The notes beneath the pieces are model-generated. The model saw nothing but the letters and a program-made list of their open reading frames with translations. It made no database searches and had not been told where the DNA came from. A stretch of 39,935 bases of DNA from a virus. Lineage: Duplodnaviria; Heunggongvirae; Uroviricota; Caudoviricetes. Both the position numbers and the translations under genes were made by a program. This document shows, piece after piece, positions 16,755 through 25,077 of this stretch (positions are counted from its first letter, which is position 1; every line of letters starts with the position of its first letter). The stretch lies in IMG/VR virus record IMGVR_UViG_2711768011_000006. One strand, written 5' to 3'.

Positions 16755-18069
16755 TTTAGGTTATGCCGCCACGCTTCCCTCAAAAGAGACGGTGGCATAC
16801 TTCCGCGCCAAAGGGGCGCATATCAGCTGGAACTGGTTCGAAACAGACGCGGATGTTCATGCCCGCTCATTCACGGCAGCAAAAACGGCACGGCTGGATG
16901 TGGTAACCACATTACAGGCCGAAGTGCAGCGGGCCATTGATGAGGGGATTTCACAGAAAGAATTTATCCGCACACTGACGCCACGCCTGCAAAAGCTGGG
17001 ATGGTGGGGAAAGCAGATTGTGGTGGACAGCGACGGTAACGCGGAAGAAGTGCAGCAGGGCAGTCCCCGTCGTCTGGCGCTGATTTACAACGTGAACACC
17101 CGTGTGGCTTACAATGCCGGGCGTTACACGCAGATGATGAACAACACGGACACGCATCCGTTCTGGCAGTATGTGGCGGTCATGGACAGCCGTACCCGCC
17201 CGTCGCATTCCGCCCTTAACGGTCTGGTATTCCGCTATGACGATCCGTTCTGGAAAACACACTACCCGCCCAATGGCTGGAACTGCCGCTGCCGTGTGCG
17301 GCCATTGTCTCAGGCCCGTCTGGATGCAATGGGGTTATCCGTTTCATCCGGTGAGGATCATCTCTCCACCCGCAATGTTGAGGCTGGCGTGGATAAACAG
17401 ACCGGAGAAGTCAGAGAAATGCCGGTGACCACATATTCAGATGGCGCCAGAACCATGACACCGGATGTGGGCTGGTCATATAACCCCGGCTCGGCAGCGT
17501 TCGGCACAGACCAGGCGCTGATCCGCAAACTGATCGAGGTGAAAAGCCCGGCGTTACGGGAAATGGTGGTTCAGGAGATGAACAACAGCCCGGAGCGGCA
17601 GCTGGCGTTCCGCATCTGGGCAAAAAACATCATGCAGACCCGGCGAGGTGGTAACGATATCCGCACGCTGGGCTTTATGACTGAAAGCATTGCGCAGGCA
17701 GTGGAAAGCCGGACGGGAACGCCACCGGCCCGCCTGCTGGCGATGAGCGGTAAAAATGTGCTCCATGCGGACAGTGTGAAACATCAGAATGACGGCATCG
17801 CTCTGACGCCGGAGGACTTCGGGCGCTTACCGGCAATGCTGGCAAGGCCAAAAGCGGTACTGTGGGACAAACGGCACAACAATCTGATGTATATCGTGGA
17901 AAATCAGGATGGCAGTGTGCAGATTGCCGTTAATGCACCGTACAGTCTGAAACGTCAGCCCGACAAACTGGATGTGATTGTGAATGCTTACCGGGTTATC
18001 AATATGGATAAGCTGAAATCGGATATCCGGGGCGGAATGCTTGAGGTGCTGGAAGGACAAATTGATTAA
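16738..18069 (+). CDS. Head morphogenesis protein (Mu F / gp30-like, SPP1 gp7 family)
   Basis: 443 aa containing the conserved block YVAVMDSRTRPSHSALNGLVF...NGWNCRCRVRPL typical of the F/gp7 family. Confidence 0.85.
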   Translation: MAQGIDLGYAATLPSKETVAYFRAKGAHISWNWFETDADVHARSFTAAKTARLDVVTTLQAEVQRAIDEGISQKEFIRTLTPRLQKLGWWGKQIVVDSDGNAEEVQQGSPRRLALIYNVNTRVAYNAGRYTQMMNNTDTHPFWQYVAVMDSRTRPSHSALNGLVFRYDDPFWKTHYPPNGWNCRCRVRPLSQARLDAMGLSVSSGEDHLSTRNVEAGVDKQTGEVREMPVTTYSDGARTMTPDVGWSYNPGSAAFGTDQALIRKLIEVKSPALREMVVQEMNNSPERQLAFRIWAKNIMQTRRGGNDIRTLGFMTESIAQAVESRTGTPPARLLAMSGKNVLHADSVKHQNDGIALTPEDFGRLPAMLARPKAVLWDKRHNNLMYIVENQDGSVQIAVNAPYSLKRQPDKLDVIVNAYRVINMDKLKSDIRGGMLEVLEGQID

Positions 18070-18070
18070 C

Positions 18071-18150
18071 GGTCAGTGGCGGGGGTCGAACCCGCATACA
18101 TGATCCACCCGGAGGCAGGCACCGACTTTACCAGTTAAGCGTACACTGAC
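18071..18150 (-). other. tRNA-like structured element (acceptor-like stem, D-arm-like and T-arm-like hairpins; no canonical anticodon arm)
   Basis: On the minus strand, GTCAGTG pairs with CACTGAC 66 nt away. A T-arm-like GCGGG-TTCGACC-CCCGC and a D-arm-like GCTT-AACTGGTA-AAGT are present. No 5-bp anticodon stem could be folded by eye. Confidence 0.3.
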
Positions 18151-18190
18151 CGCCTGTTTATTTTATATTCATCCTTTATGCGGAGGCAAT

Positions 18191-18664
18191 ATGTCATCCA
18201 TTGATGCAGCTGTCGTTGTTGACGTTACGCGTCTCCAGCGAGTGTTTGCCCGGCTTCAGTTTGTGGGCGGCGGAAAAGACCTGGCCCGCAGTGTGGCGGC
18301 GAGTCTTCTGTCATCGTCAGAAATGGCGTTTGAGCAGGAAAAAGAGCCGGATGGTGAACGCTGGCATGACTGGTCAGATCCTTACCGTGAGTGGCGTACC
18401 CGTAAGGGATACACGCCCGGCAAAATCCTGACGCTGAACGGCGATCTGGCCCGCCGCCTGACCACGGATTATGGCGATACCTGGGCGCTGATTGGATCAA
18501 ATGAACCTTATGCAGCCATTCATCAGTGGGGTGGCCTGCCTGGTATGCCACCGGGACCGGCGGCCATTGGCGCACGTCCGTATATGGGCTTTGATCAGGT
18601 GGCAGAACAGGAGATCATGGACGAAATCAGAAAACGCTTTAAAAAGGCCACAGAAACGCCGTAA
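18191..18664 (+). CDS. Virion morphogenesis protein (Mu G / gp31-like)
   Basis: 157 aa in the Mu G position between F and I. Confidence 0.7.
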   Translation: MSSIDAAVVVDVTRLQRVFARLQFVGGGKDLARSVAASLLSSSEMAFEQEKEPDGERWHDWSDPYREWRTRKGYTPGKILTLNGDLARRLTTDYGDTWALIGSNEPYAAIHQWGGLPGMPPGPAAIGARPYMGFDQVAEQEIMDEIRKRFKKATETP

Positions 18665-18841
18665 TGGTTTAAGGTATGCAAACGTATTACCTTACCCCCT
18701 TCAGGCGCGTGTCGTGATTTTCTAACCTGTATTTAACGGGCTTTAAAATCTGCGTGAAGCGCCTTTCTCATTCCCCCCCTGTCAGCACTTTCTGAAGTCC
18801 CGCAAAACCAGCCCCAAAAATACCCGGCTTATGCTGCCGGT

Positions 18842-19975
18842 ATGAAGACAGAAAATCACCCAAAAGACGCAAATCGCCCCTCCGGTTTAGCCGTGCTTTC
18901 AGCTTCGCTGACTGCATCCGGCGACGGATGGTGTCAGTTACTGCCAGCCGGTCGGGTAAAGGCCCGTGACGGTCGCCCGGAAAAACCGACTGAAGGCTGG
19001 CTGATTAACGAATCCGCCTGTAACCGGATGAAAGCCGGGCTTTCCGCCCTGCATCAGCCGTTACTGATTGATTATGACCATCACTCCGTGAATGCGCAGA
19101 AAAACGGATTCAAGGCTATTGCTGCAGGATGGGTTAAGCCGGAAAACATCGAATGGCGTGAGGGTCAGGGGATTTTCATTAAACCTGAATGGACACCACA
19201 GGCACAAAAACATATTGATGACCGTGAATATGCCTATCTGTCTGCATATATGCATTATTTCGCTGACACCGGGGAACCCTACCTGTTGCGCATGGCTTCC
19301 CTGACGAATGATCCGGGTATTACGGGTATGAACCCTGTCGCGGCACTCAGTGCTGATGATCTCTATGTCGTTTCCCCTTCTCAGGAGCAATCCCCCATGA
19401 ATGAGCAATTACGCCAGTTGCTGACGGCGCTCGGTCTGACCGTGGCTGACGGTGACGAATTTACACCGGAACTGGGCACGGCGGCGCTGTCTGCCCTTAC
19501 CGGGATCAAAACCCGTGCGGATGCGCACGACACCCTGAAAACGCAGGTTGCCAGCCTGTCGGCAGAACTGGAAACCGCAAAAGGCACACCAACTGGCGGC
19601 ACTATTGATCTGACGAAATATGTGCCCGTTGAGACGTATAACGCCCTGCGTACCGAATATGCCGCGCTGTCGGCACAACACGGCAGCACCACGCTGGAGC
19701 AGTTGCTGGATAAGGCCGAGTCCGAAGGACGCATTTTCAAAAGCGAACGCGGATACATGGAAGGACTCGGACAACAGATTGGCGTCGCGGCACTTTCTGC
19801 ACAGCTTGACGCCCGCCAGCCGGTTGCGGCTCTGACCACTCTTCAGACCGACACCGTAACCGTGCCGGATAAAAAGACCGCCACCGCTGTGCTGTCGGCT
19901 GAAGATATCGCCGCCGCACGTCTGTTGGGTAAAACCGAAGCCGAGTTCCTGAAAATGAAAGAGGAAATGCAATAA
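18842..19975 (+). CDS. Prohead protease/scaffold protein (Mu I-like)
   Basis: 377 aa immediately upstream of the major capsid gene. Alanine/leucine-rich helical C-terminal half is consistent with a scaffold domain. Confidence 0.8.
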   Translation: MKTENHPKDANRPSGLAVLSASLTASGDGWCQLLPAGRVKARDGRPEKPTEGWLINESACNRMKAGLSALHQPLLIDYDHHSVNAQKNGFKAIAAGWVKPENIEWREGQGIFIKPEWTPQAQKHIDDREYAYLSAYMHYFADTGEPYLLRMASLTNDPGITGMNPVAALSADDLYVVSPSQEQSPMNEQLRQLLTALGLTVADGDEFTPELGTAALSALTGIKTRADAHDTLKTQVASLSAELETAKGTPTGGTIDLTKYVPVETYNALRTEYAALSAQHGSTTLEQLLDKAESEGRIFKSERGYMEGLGQQIGVAALSAQLDARQPVAALTTLQTDTVTVPDKKTATAVLSAEDIAAARLLGKTEAEFLKMKEEMQ

Positions 19976-20922
19976 TGCCTACCCCGATTACACCGGCGAT
20001 GATCACCGCCCTGATGACGGGCTACCGTTCTGATTTTCAGGCCGGGATGTCCATGGCTCCGTCGCAGTACCAGAAAATTGCGATGACCGTGCCGTCCACC
20101 TCGAAATCCAACACCTACGGCTGGCTGGGGCAGTTCCCGCAGTTCCGTGAGTGGATCGGCTCCCGCGTCATCGAGAAGATGAAAGCCTATGGCTACGCCA
20201 TCGTGAACAAAACCTTTGAAGGCACCGTTGCCATTAGCCGCGATGACTTTGAAGACGACAATCTCGGCATCTACTCCCCGTTATTCCAGGAAATGGGTCG
20301 TGCCGCTGCGGCACAACCGGATGAACTGGTCTTTGCTGCACTGCGTGATGGTCTGAATGCGGCCTGCTATGACGGCCAGAACTTCTTTGATACCGAACAC
20401 CCTGTTTACCCCAAAGTGGATGGCTCCGGTGATGCACAGATGGTCAGCAATATGTTTGTGGCAAAAACCGGCTCTGTCGGTGCACAGGCGGATTACAGCG
20501 GCCCGGCCTGGTATCTGCTTGACTGCTCCCGCGCGGTAAAACCGCTGATTTATCAGGATCGCCGCAAAGCCGAACTGGTTGCCCAGACAAAAGTCGATGA
20601 AGGCCGTGCGTTTACTGATAACGAGTTTGTGTTCGGTGCTTCCGCCCGTCGCAATGTGGGCTACGGCTTCTGGCAGATGGCCTACATGATGCAGTCACCG
20701 CTGACGCTGGATGCGCTGTGGCACGGCTGGTCAGCCATGCGTGACTTTAAGGCTGACGGTGGCCGCAAACTCGGCATCAAACCCACCCATATTGTTGTCC
20801 CCACCTCGCTGGAAAAACAGGCGGTGCAGCTGCTGGAGCGCGAGCTGTTCGCAGACGGTAACGCCACAGTCTCTAACGAGATGAAGGGCAAGCTGGAGCT
20901 GGTTGTCGCGGATTATCTGTAA
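19975..20922 (+). CDS. Major capsid protein (Mu T-like)
   Basis: 315 aa directly following the protease/scaffold gene (ATGA overlap). Confidence 0.85.
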   Translation: MPTPITPAMITALMTGYRSDFQAGMSMAPSQYQKIAMTVPSTSKSNTYGWLGQFPQFREWIGSRVIEKMKAYGYAIVNKTFEGTVAISRDDFEDDNLGIYSPLFQEMGRAAAAQPDELVFAALRDGLNAACYDGQNFFDTEHPVYPKVDGSGDAQMVSNMFVAKTGSVGAQADYSGPAWYLLDCSRAVKPLIYQDRRKAELVAQTKVDEGRAFTDNEFVFGASARRNVGYGFWQMAYMMQSPLTLDALWHGWSAMRDFKADGGRKLGIKPTHIVVPTSLEKQAVQLLERELFADGNATVSNEMKGKLELVVADYL

Positions 20923-20965
20923 ACGGTGAGCCGGGCTTACGGCCCGGCCCCTGCGGAGGGCAAAT

Positions 20966-21325
20966 ATGAATGAACATCACACTGTGGCAGCAACAGATGA
21001 TTCAGGCCTTCAGGTCAGTGGTGACAGTCCTGTCACGGTACTGGCAGAAGTGCGTTGCAGTCGTACGCATTTTCGTCGTGCGGGGTTCCTGTTCATGCGG
21101 GGACGCCAGCAGGTTGACGTCACCCCGGAGCAGCTTGCCCGACTGGAAGCGGAGCCATGCCTCACTGTACGAATACTACAGACGCCTGGTGATGATGCGG
21201 GAGCCGTGGCGGGTGTGGTTCATGCAGAGACCGGTGCAGATTTAGCCGAAGCCGAAACCGTACAGGATGCTCCCCGGAAAAAGACCGGCAATAACGCCAG
21301 ACAGGCGAAAAAGGCGCGCGCATGA
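20966..21325 (+). CDS. Hypothetical head-associated protein
   Basis: 119-aa ORF between the capsid and gp36-like genes. Confidence 0.45.
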   Translation: MNEHHTVAATDDSGLQVSGDSPVTVLAEVRCSRTHFRRAGFLFMRGRQQVDVTPEQLARLEAEPCLTVRILQTPGDDAGAVAGVVHAETGADLAEAETVQDAPRKKTGNNARQAKKARA

Positions 21326-21741
21326 ATTACGCCACCGAAACCGATATGCGGGCACGTTACCGCGAGGATTTGCTCAGGCCATTACTGGCCGTGCCCCGTT
21401 CGGATGAACCGGACACGCGCAAGCTGAACCGGGCACTGACGGACGCGTCTGCCCTTATCGACAGCTATCTGTCTTCCCGTTACACGCTGCCGCTGGCGGT
21501 GGTTCCGGCGGTCCTTGTTCAGCATTGCTGCACGATTGCCTTTTATTACCTGTGCGATCAGCGGGCATCCGATCAGGCGCGTGACCGTTACCGTGAGGCG
21601 CTGGCCTGGCTGAAAGATGTCATGAACGGTAACGTGCCGGTCGGCGTGGATACAGACGGTGCGGCCCCTGAATCCGGGGATTTACCGCAGGTGCAGTCTG
21701 ATGCGGCGGTGTTCGGGCGCAACCAGAAGGGCTTTATATGA
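21322..21741 (+). CDS. Mu gp36-like protein (head-tail connector region)
   Basis: 139 aa, translationally coupled; position corresponds to Mu J/gp36. Confidence 0.6.
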   Translation: MNYATETDMRARYREDLLRPLLAVPRSDEPDTRKLNRALTDASALIDSYLSSRYTLPLAVVPAVLVQHCCTIAFYYLCDQRASDQARDRYREALAWLKDVMNGNVPVGVDTDGAAPESGDLPQVQSDAAVFGRNQKGFI

Positions 21742-22301
21742 TTACGGAAACCGAGCAGGCGTACATCGCCCGTATCCGTGAGTATTTCGGGAATGAACTG
21801 GTGTCTGTTGACACACATCCCGGCGACTGGAGCGACAGCGTACTGCGCACCATGCTGATTAACGCCCCGGCTATCTATGTTGCCTGGCTGGGTGCCGGTG
21901 AAGGGCGTACCCGTGGGCGTCTGGTCAGTCACTGGGTGTTCTACGTCATCGGCGACATGCTCAATGGCCGTGAGGTCAGCCGTCCCGGGCTTTATCAGAT
22001 TGTGGCCCGCCTGATTACCGTGCTGGACGGCTTCAGAGCAGAAAAAACCTCACCGCTTTACTTTGAAAAGGCGGTCAACGGTTACACCGAAACGCAGGCA
22101 GGCAGCGGTGCCGTGATGTACGCCCTGTATTTCTCATGCGAGGAAATGATCGACCCGCTGACGGATATCAGCTCGCTGGATGATTTCCTGCGCCATTACG
22201 AAACCTTTACCGAACCGGAAGGCACGCCGGAATTTAAGGCACACATCCGTCTGCCTGGTGCAACTGCCGCCGGTGAAAACGCCGGACTGTCAGAGGAATA
22301 A
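21738..22301 (+). CDS. Mu gp37-like protein (tail completion/terminator region)
   Basis: 187 aa; position corresponds to Mu K/gp37. Confidence 0.6.
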   Translation: MITETEQAYIARIREYFGNELVSVDTHPGDWSDSVLRTMLINAPAIYVAWLGAGEGRTRGRLVSHWVFYVIGDMLNGREVSRPGLYQIVARLITVLDGFRAEKTSPLYFEKAVNGYTETQAGSGAVMYALYFSCEEMIDPLTDISSLDDFLRHYETFTEPEGTPEFKAHIRLPGATAAGENAGLSEE

Positions 22302-22304
22302 CAG

Positions 22305-22583
22305 ATGACAACCATTTTTATTAAACCTGCGCCGGGATGCCTGATCCGCGATCCCGACACGATGACTCCGCTCTCTCAGGACGGGGAAGAGAAACCCTTC
22401 ACTCCGTTCTGGTGCCGCCGTCTTAATGATGGCGACGTCATTGTGGTGGATAAAACGGCGGAGCCTGCCCCGGCTGCCACAACTGCTAATACCGGCGCGG
22501 CGGCAAAACCAGCGGGAGCGGTAGCAGAAAAAACTGCGGCGGTGGCTGAAAAAACCGCAGCATCAGATAAGGGGACGTCCTGA
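22305..22583 (+). CDS. Mu gp38-like small protein
   Basis: 92 aa with an Ala/Thr-rich C-terminal tail, immediately upstream of the sheath gene. Confidence 0.5.
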   Translation: MTTIFIKPAPGCLIRDPDTMTPLSQDGEEKPFTPFWCRRLNDGDVIVVDKTAEPAPAATTANTGAAAKPAGAVAEKTAAVAEKTAASDKGTS

Positions 22584-24085
22584 TGATTAACTTTGATTAT
22601 ATCGGCGATAACAATCGCATTCCGCTGGTACAGATTGAAATCAATAATTCAATGGCCGTGACCGGCACTCCACCACAGCGTCAGGCGGTACTGTTGTTTG
22701 GTCAGGCTGCAATGAAAGACACTACCATTCAGGGGCGCGGTCAGCTTGATGTACCAGTACGTATTACCCGAGCTTCACAAGCAAGAGAACTCTGGGGGCG
22801 AGGTTCCATGATTGCACTGATGGTAGAGGAATTTATCGCCATTAACCCTGACACAGAGTTATATGCCATTGCACAGGGGGCTGGAACAGGTCAGTCCAGG
22901 GCATGCGTGATGAATATCATTGGAACAGCATTGGCAGACGGGGTGTTAAGTGTTTACATCGGCGGTCGCCGTTACCTCCTGCCCGTCAGTAAGGGGAAAA
23001 AAGGTAAAGAGCTTGTGGAAGAGCTGGCTAAGGTCATTAACGCTGACACTGATGCGCCATTCACTGCTATCGCAGCTGAAGTCAGTGGTGATAATGCTGA
23101 AGGACTTAAAGGCAGCATGGGGGTTAACGCCCGCTTTATCGGTGAATGCTCAGCTCATGATTTACGGGTGAACTATTATGACGGTGAAACTACACCGGCC
23201 GGTCTTACGCTGGAGCTCGTCGCGCCAACACAGAAGGCAACAAACCCCGATATCACCCGTAGCGTCTCAGGGATGGGGAATCGTCAGTACAACTACATCG
23301 TCATGCCCTATAAGGATGCGGCAAATCTCAAAATTCTGGCGGATGAACTGCTGAAACGCTGGGGACCGGTAAAAATGTCGGACGGTATGGTCTGGATGGC
23401 GCATACCGGCACCTTCGGTACGGCAACCAGTTTTGGTGAATCCCGTAATGACTTCCTGTTTACCTGCACTTCTATTCCTAAAGCACCAGAGCCGGATTAT
23501 GTCTGGGCTGCCTCCATTTGTGCGGTCTGTGCGCCCTCCCTGTCAACGGATCCGGCCCGACCATTACAGACACTGGCGCTGCCTGCCCGTATGGCACCTG
23601 AAGCACCGGATCGTCTGACGCGGGAAGAGCGAAACAGCCTGCTTTATACCGGCATGTCCACGGTGACCGTCGCGGCCGCGGATGTGGTGCAGATTGAACG
23701 TCAGGTGACGATGTACCGTCAGAATGCATACGGCGAAATCGATCCCAGCTATCTGGATGTGGAAACCATCTACACCCTGTCATATCTGCGTTATTCCCTG
23801 CGCACCTTTATCACGCAGCGTTTTCCGCGCCATAAACTGGCTGATGACGGGACGCCCGTTCGTGCCGGTCAGAATATCGTGACACCGGAGATCATGAAAC
23901 TTCAGTTAATTTCGCTGGGGGAAGAATGGGTGGATCTGGGACTGGTCGAAAATCTGGACACCTTTAAAAAGAATCTGCTCGTGGAGCGCAACACAAAAGA
24001 CCGTAACCGTCTGGATGTGATGTGTACACCGGATCTGGTTAACCAGTTCCGCTTCATGGCCGCGCAGATCCGTTTCATTTTGTGA
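22583..24085 (+). CDS. Contractile tail sheath protein (Mu L-like)
   Basis: 500 aa followed directly by the tail tube gene; size and position typical of myovirus sheath. Confidence 0.9.
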   Translation: MINFDYIGDNNRIPLVQIEINNSMAVTGTPPQRQAVLLFGQAAMKDTTIQGRGQLDVPVRITRASQARELWGRGSMIALMVEEFIAINPDTELYAIAQGAGTGQSRACVMNIIGTALADGVLSVYIGGRRYLLPVSKGKKGKELVEELAKVINADTDAPFTAIAAEVSGDNAEGLKGSMGVNARFIGECSAHDLRVNYYDGETTPAGLTLELVAPTQKATNPDITRSVSGMGNRQYNYIVMPYKDAANLKILADELLKRWGPVKMSDGMVWMAHTGTFGTATSFGESRNDFLFTCTSIPKAPEPDYVWAASICAVCAPSLSTDPARPLQTLALPARMAPEAPDRLTREERNSLLYTGMSTVTVAAADVVQIERQVTMYRQNAYGEIDPSYLDVETIYTLSYLRYSLRTFITQRFPRHKLADDGTPVRAGQNIVTPEIMKLQLISLGEEWVDLGLVENLDTFKKNLLVERNTKDRNRLDVMCTPDLVNQFRFMAAQIRFIL

Positions 24086-24093
24086 GGTAAGGC

Positions 24094-24459
24094 ATGAGCG
24101 GAAAACAGTATCAGGGCACGGCCACCATCCGTGTGAACGGGCAGGAGTACGACACCCTTGAGGGGGCCACGTTCTCCCCGTCCGGCTTTGAGCGTGAAGT
24201 GGTGAAAGGCGCGAAAGTTTACGGCTATCGCGAGAAACCCCGTGAGGCGACGCTGGACTGTAAATTCCCGGCGGGCGGAGAAGGTTCACCGGCTGCCGAT
24301 GAAATCAACACCTGGACTGCGGTCACGATTGAGTTCGTGGCCGATACCGGTGAAGTCCACATGATGACGAAGGCCTGGAGCAGTGAACCGGCCTCGCTTG
24401 ACGGTGGTGGTGATATCTCCGCGAAGTTCGCCAGCGCCACCAGTACCCGTGTCCAGTAA
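24094..24459 (+). CDS. Tail tube protein (Mu M-like)
   Basis: 121 aa directly after the sheath gene. Confidence 0.85.
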   Translation: MSGKQYQGTATIRVNGQEYDTLEGATFSPSGFEREVVKGAKVYGYREKPREATLDCKFPAGGEGSPAADEINTWTAVTIEFVADTGEVHMMTKAWSSEPASLDGGGDISAKFASATSTRVQ

Positions 24460-24473
24460 TCAGGAAAAATGTA

Positions 24474-24950
24474 ATGAGCACACGTAAGAAAAAAACGGCG
24501 GTTTCTGACGAGGCCGTGATGGAGGCTATCCGGGATGCACTTGAAGACGGCGATCCCCGCACCGCCGGGCTGGCTGAACAACTGGCGAACGGCTATGTGG
24601 ATCTGCTCGACGGTCTGCCGTTCGGGGAATCCCGTGAATACCGCGTCACCTTCCGCGAACTGACGGCAAAAGACAGCATTGATGCGGAGAGCGAGGCCGA
24701 GCGTCTTATGGAAACCCGAAACGGTCCGGTTCTTGTGGCCTCACCGGCACTGCGCGGCATTGCGCTGCTGCGCCGTCAGATTGCCGCTGTCGGCCAGATT
24801 GAGGGGCCATTGTCTCCGCGTCAGATAGGACAGCTCAGCGAGCGCGATCTCTCCCGACTGATGGCGGCAGTAAGCCTGCTTGATTCCGCGATGGCCGGAA
24901 AGCTGGTCGCTGAACGGGGGCGACCAGATGCAGTGCCGGGATCAGATTGA
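24474..24950 (+). CDS. Tail assembly chaperone (Mu gp41-like)
   Basis: 158 aa immediately upstream of the tape measure gene. Confidence 0.6.
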   Translation: MSTRKKKTAVSDEAVMEAIRDALEDGDPRTAGLAEQLANGYVDLLDGLPFGESREYRVTFRELTAKDSIDAESEAERLMETRNGPVLVASPALRGIALLRRQIAAVGQIEGPLSPRQIGQLSERDLSRLMAAVSLLDSAMAGKLVAERGRPDAVPGSD

Positions 24951-25074
24951 AGAAGCCGCAATTGTGCTGGGGATGGTGACAAAAAGCGGCCCGGAGTGGG
25001 CGCTTAACCTCCCCTTATCGCAGCTTTACCGGCACTGCCGACAGACCGAAAAAATTCTCAGAACGAAGCAGTAA
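24880..25074 (+). CDS. Possible frameshift extension of the tail assembly chaperone (+1 frame overlapping the chaperone 3' end)
   Basis: 64-aa ORF in the +1 frame overlapping the last 70 nt of the chaperone gene and ending just before the tape measure start. This is the usual location of programmed frameshifts in tail chaperone genes. Confidence 0.3.
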   Translation: MIPRWPESWSLNGGDQMQCRDQIEEAAIVLGMVTKSGPEWALNLPLSQLYRHCRQTEKILRTKQ

Positions 25075-25077
25075 CCC

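Noticed and set aside
18071-18150. Calling the tRNA-like element a genuine tRNA gene
   Set aside because: Acceptor, D-arm and T-arm features are present, but no 5-bp anticodon stem with a 7-nt loop could be folded. It is reported as a tRNA-like element only.
18665-18841. Possible small anti-defense ORF in the G-I intergenic gap
   Set aside because: Only a 13-codon frame is present in the 177-bp gap, with no convincing ribosome-binding site; nothing to call.
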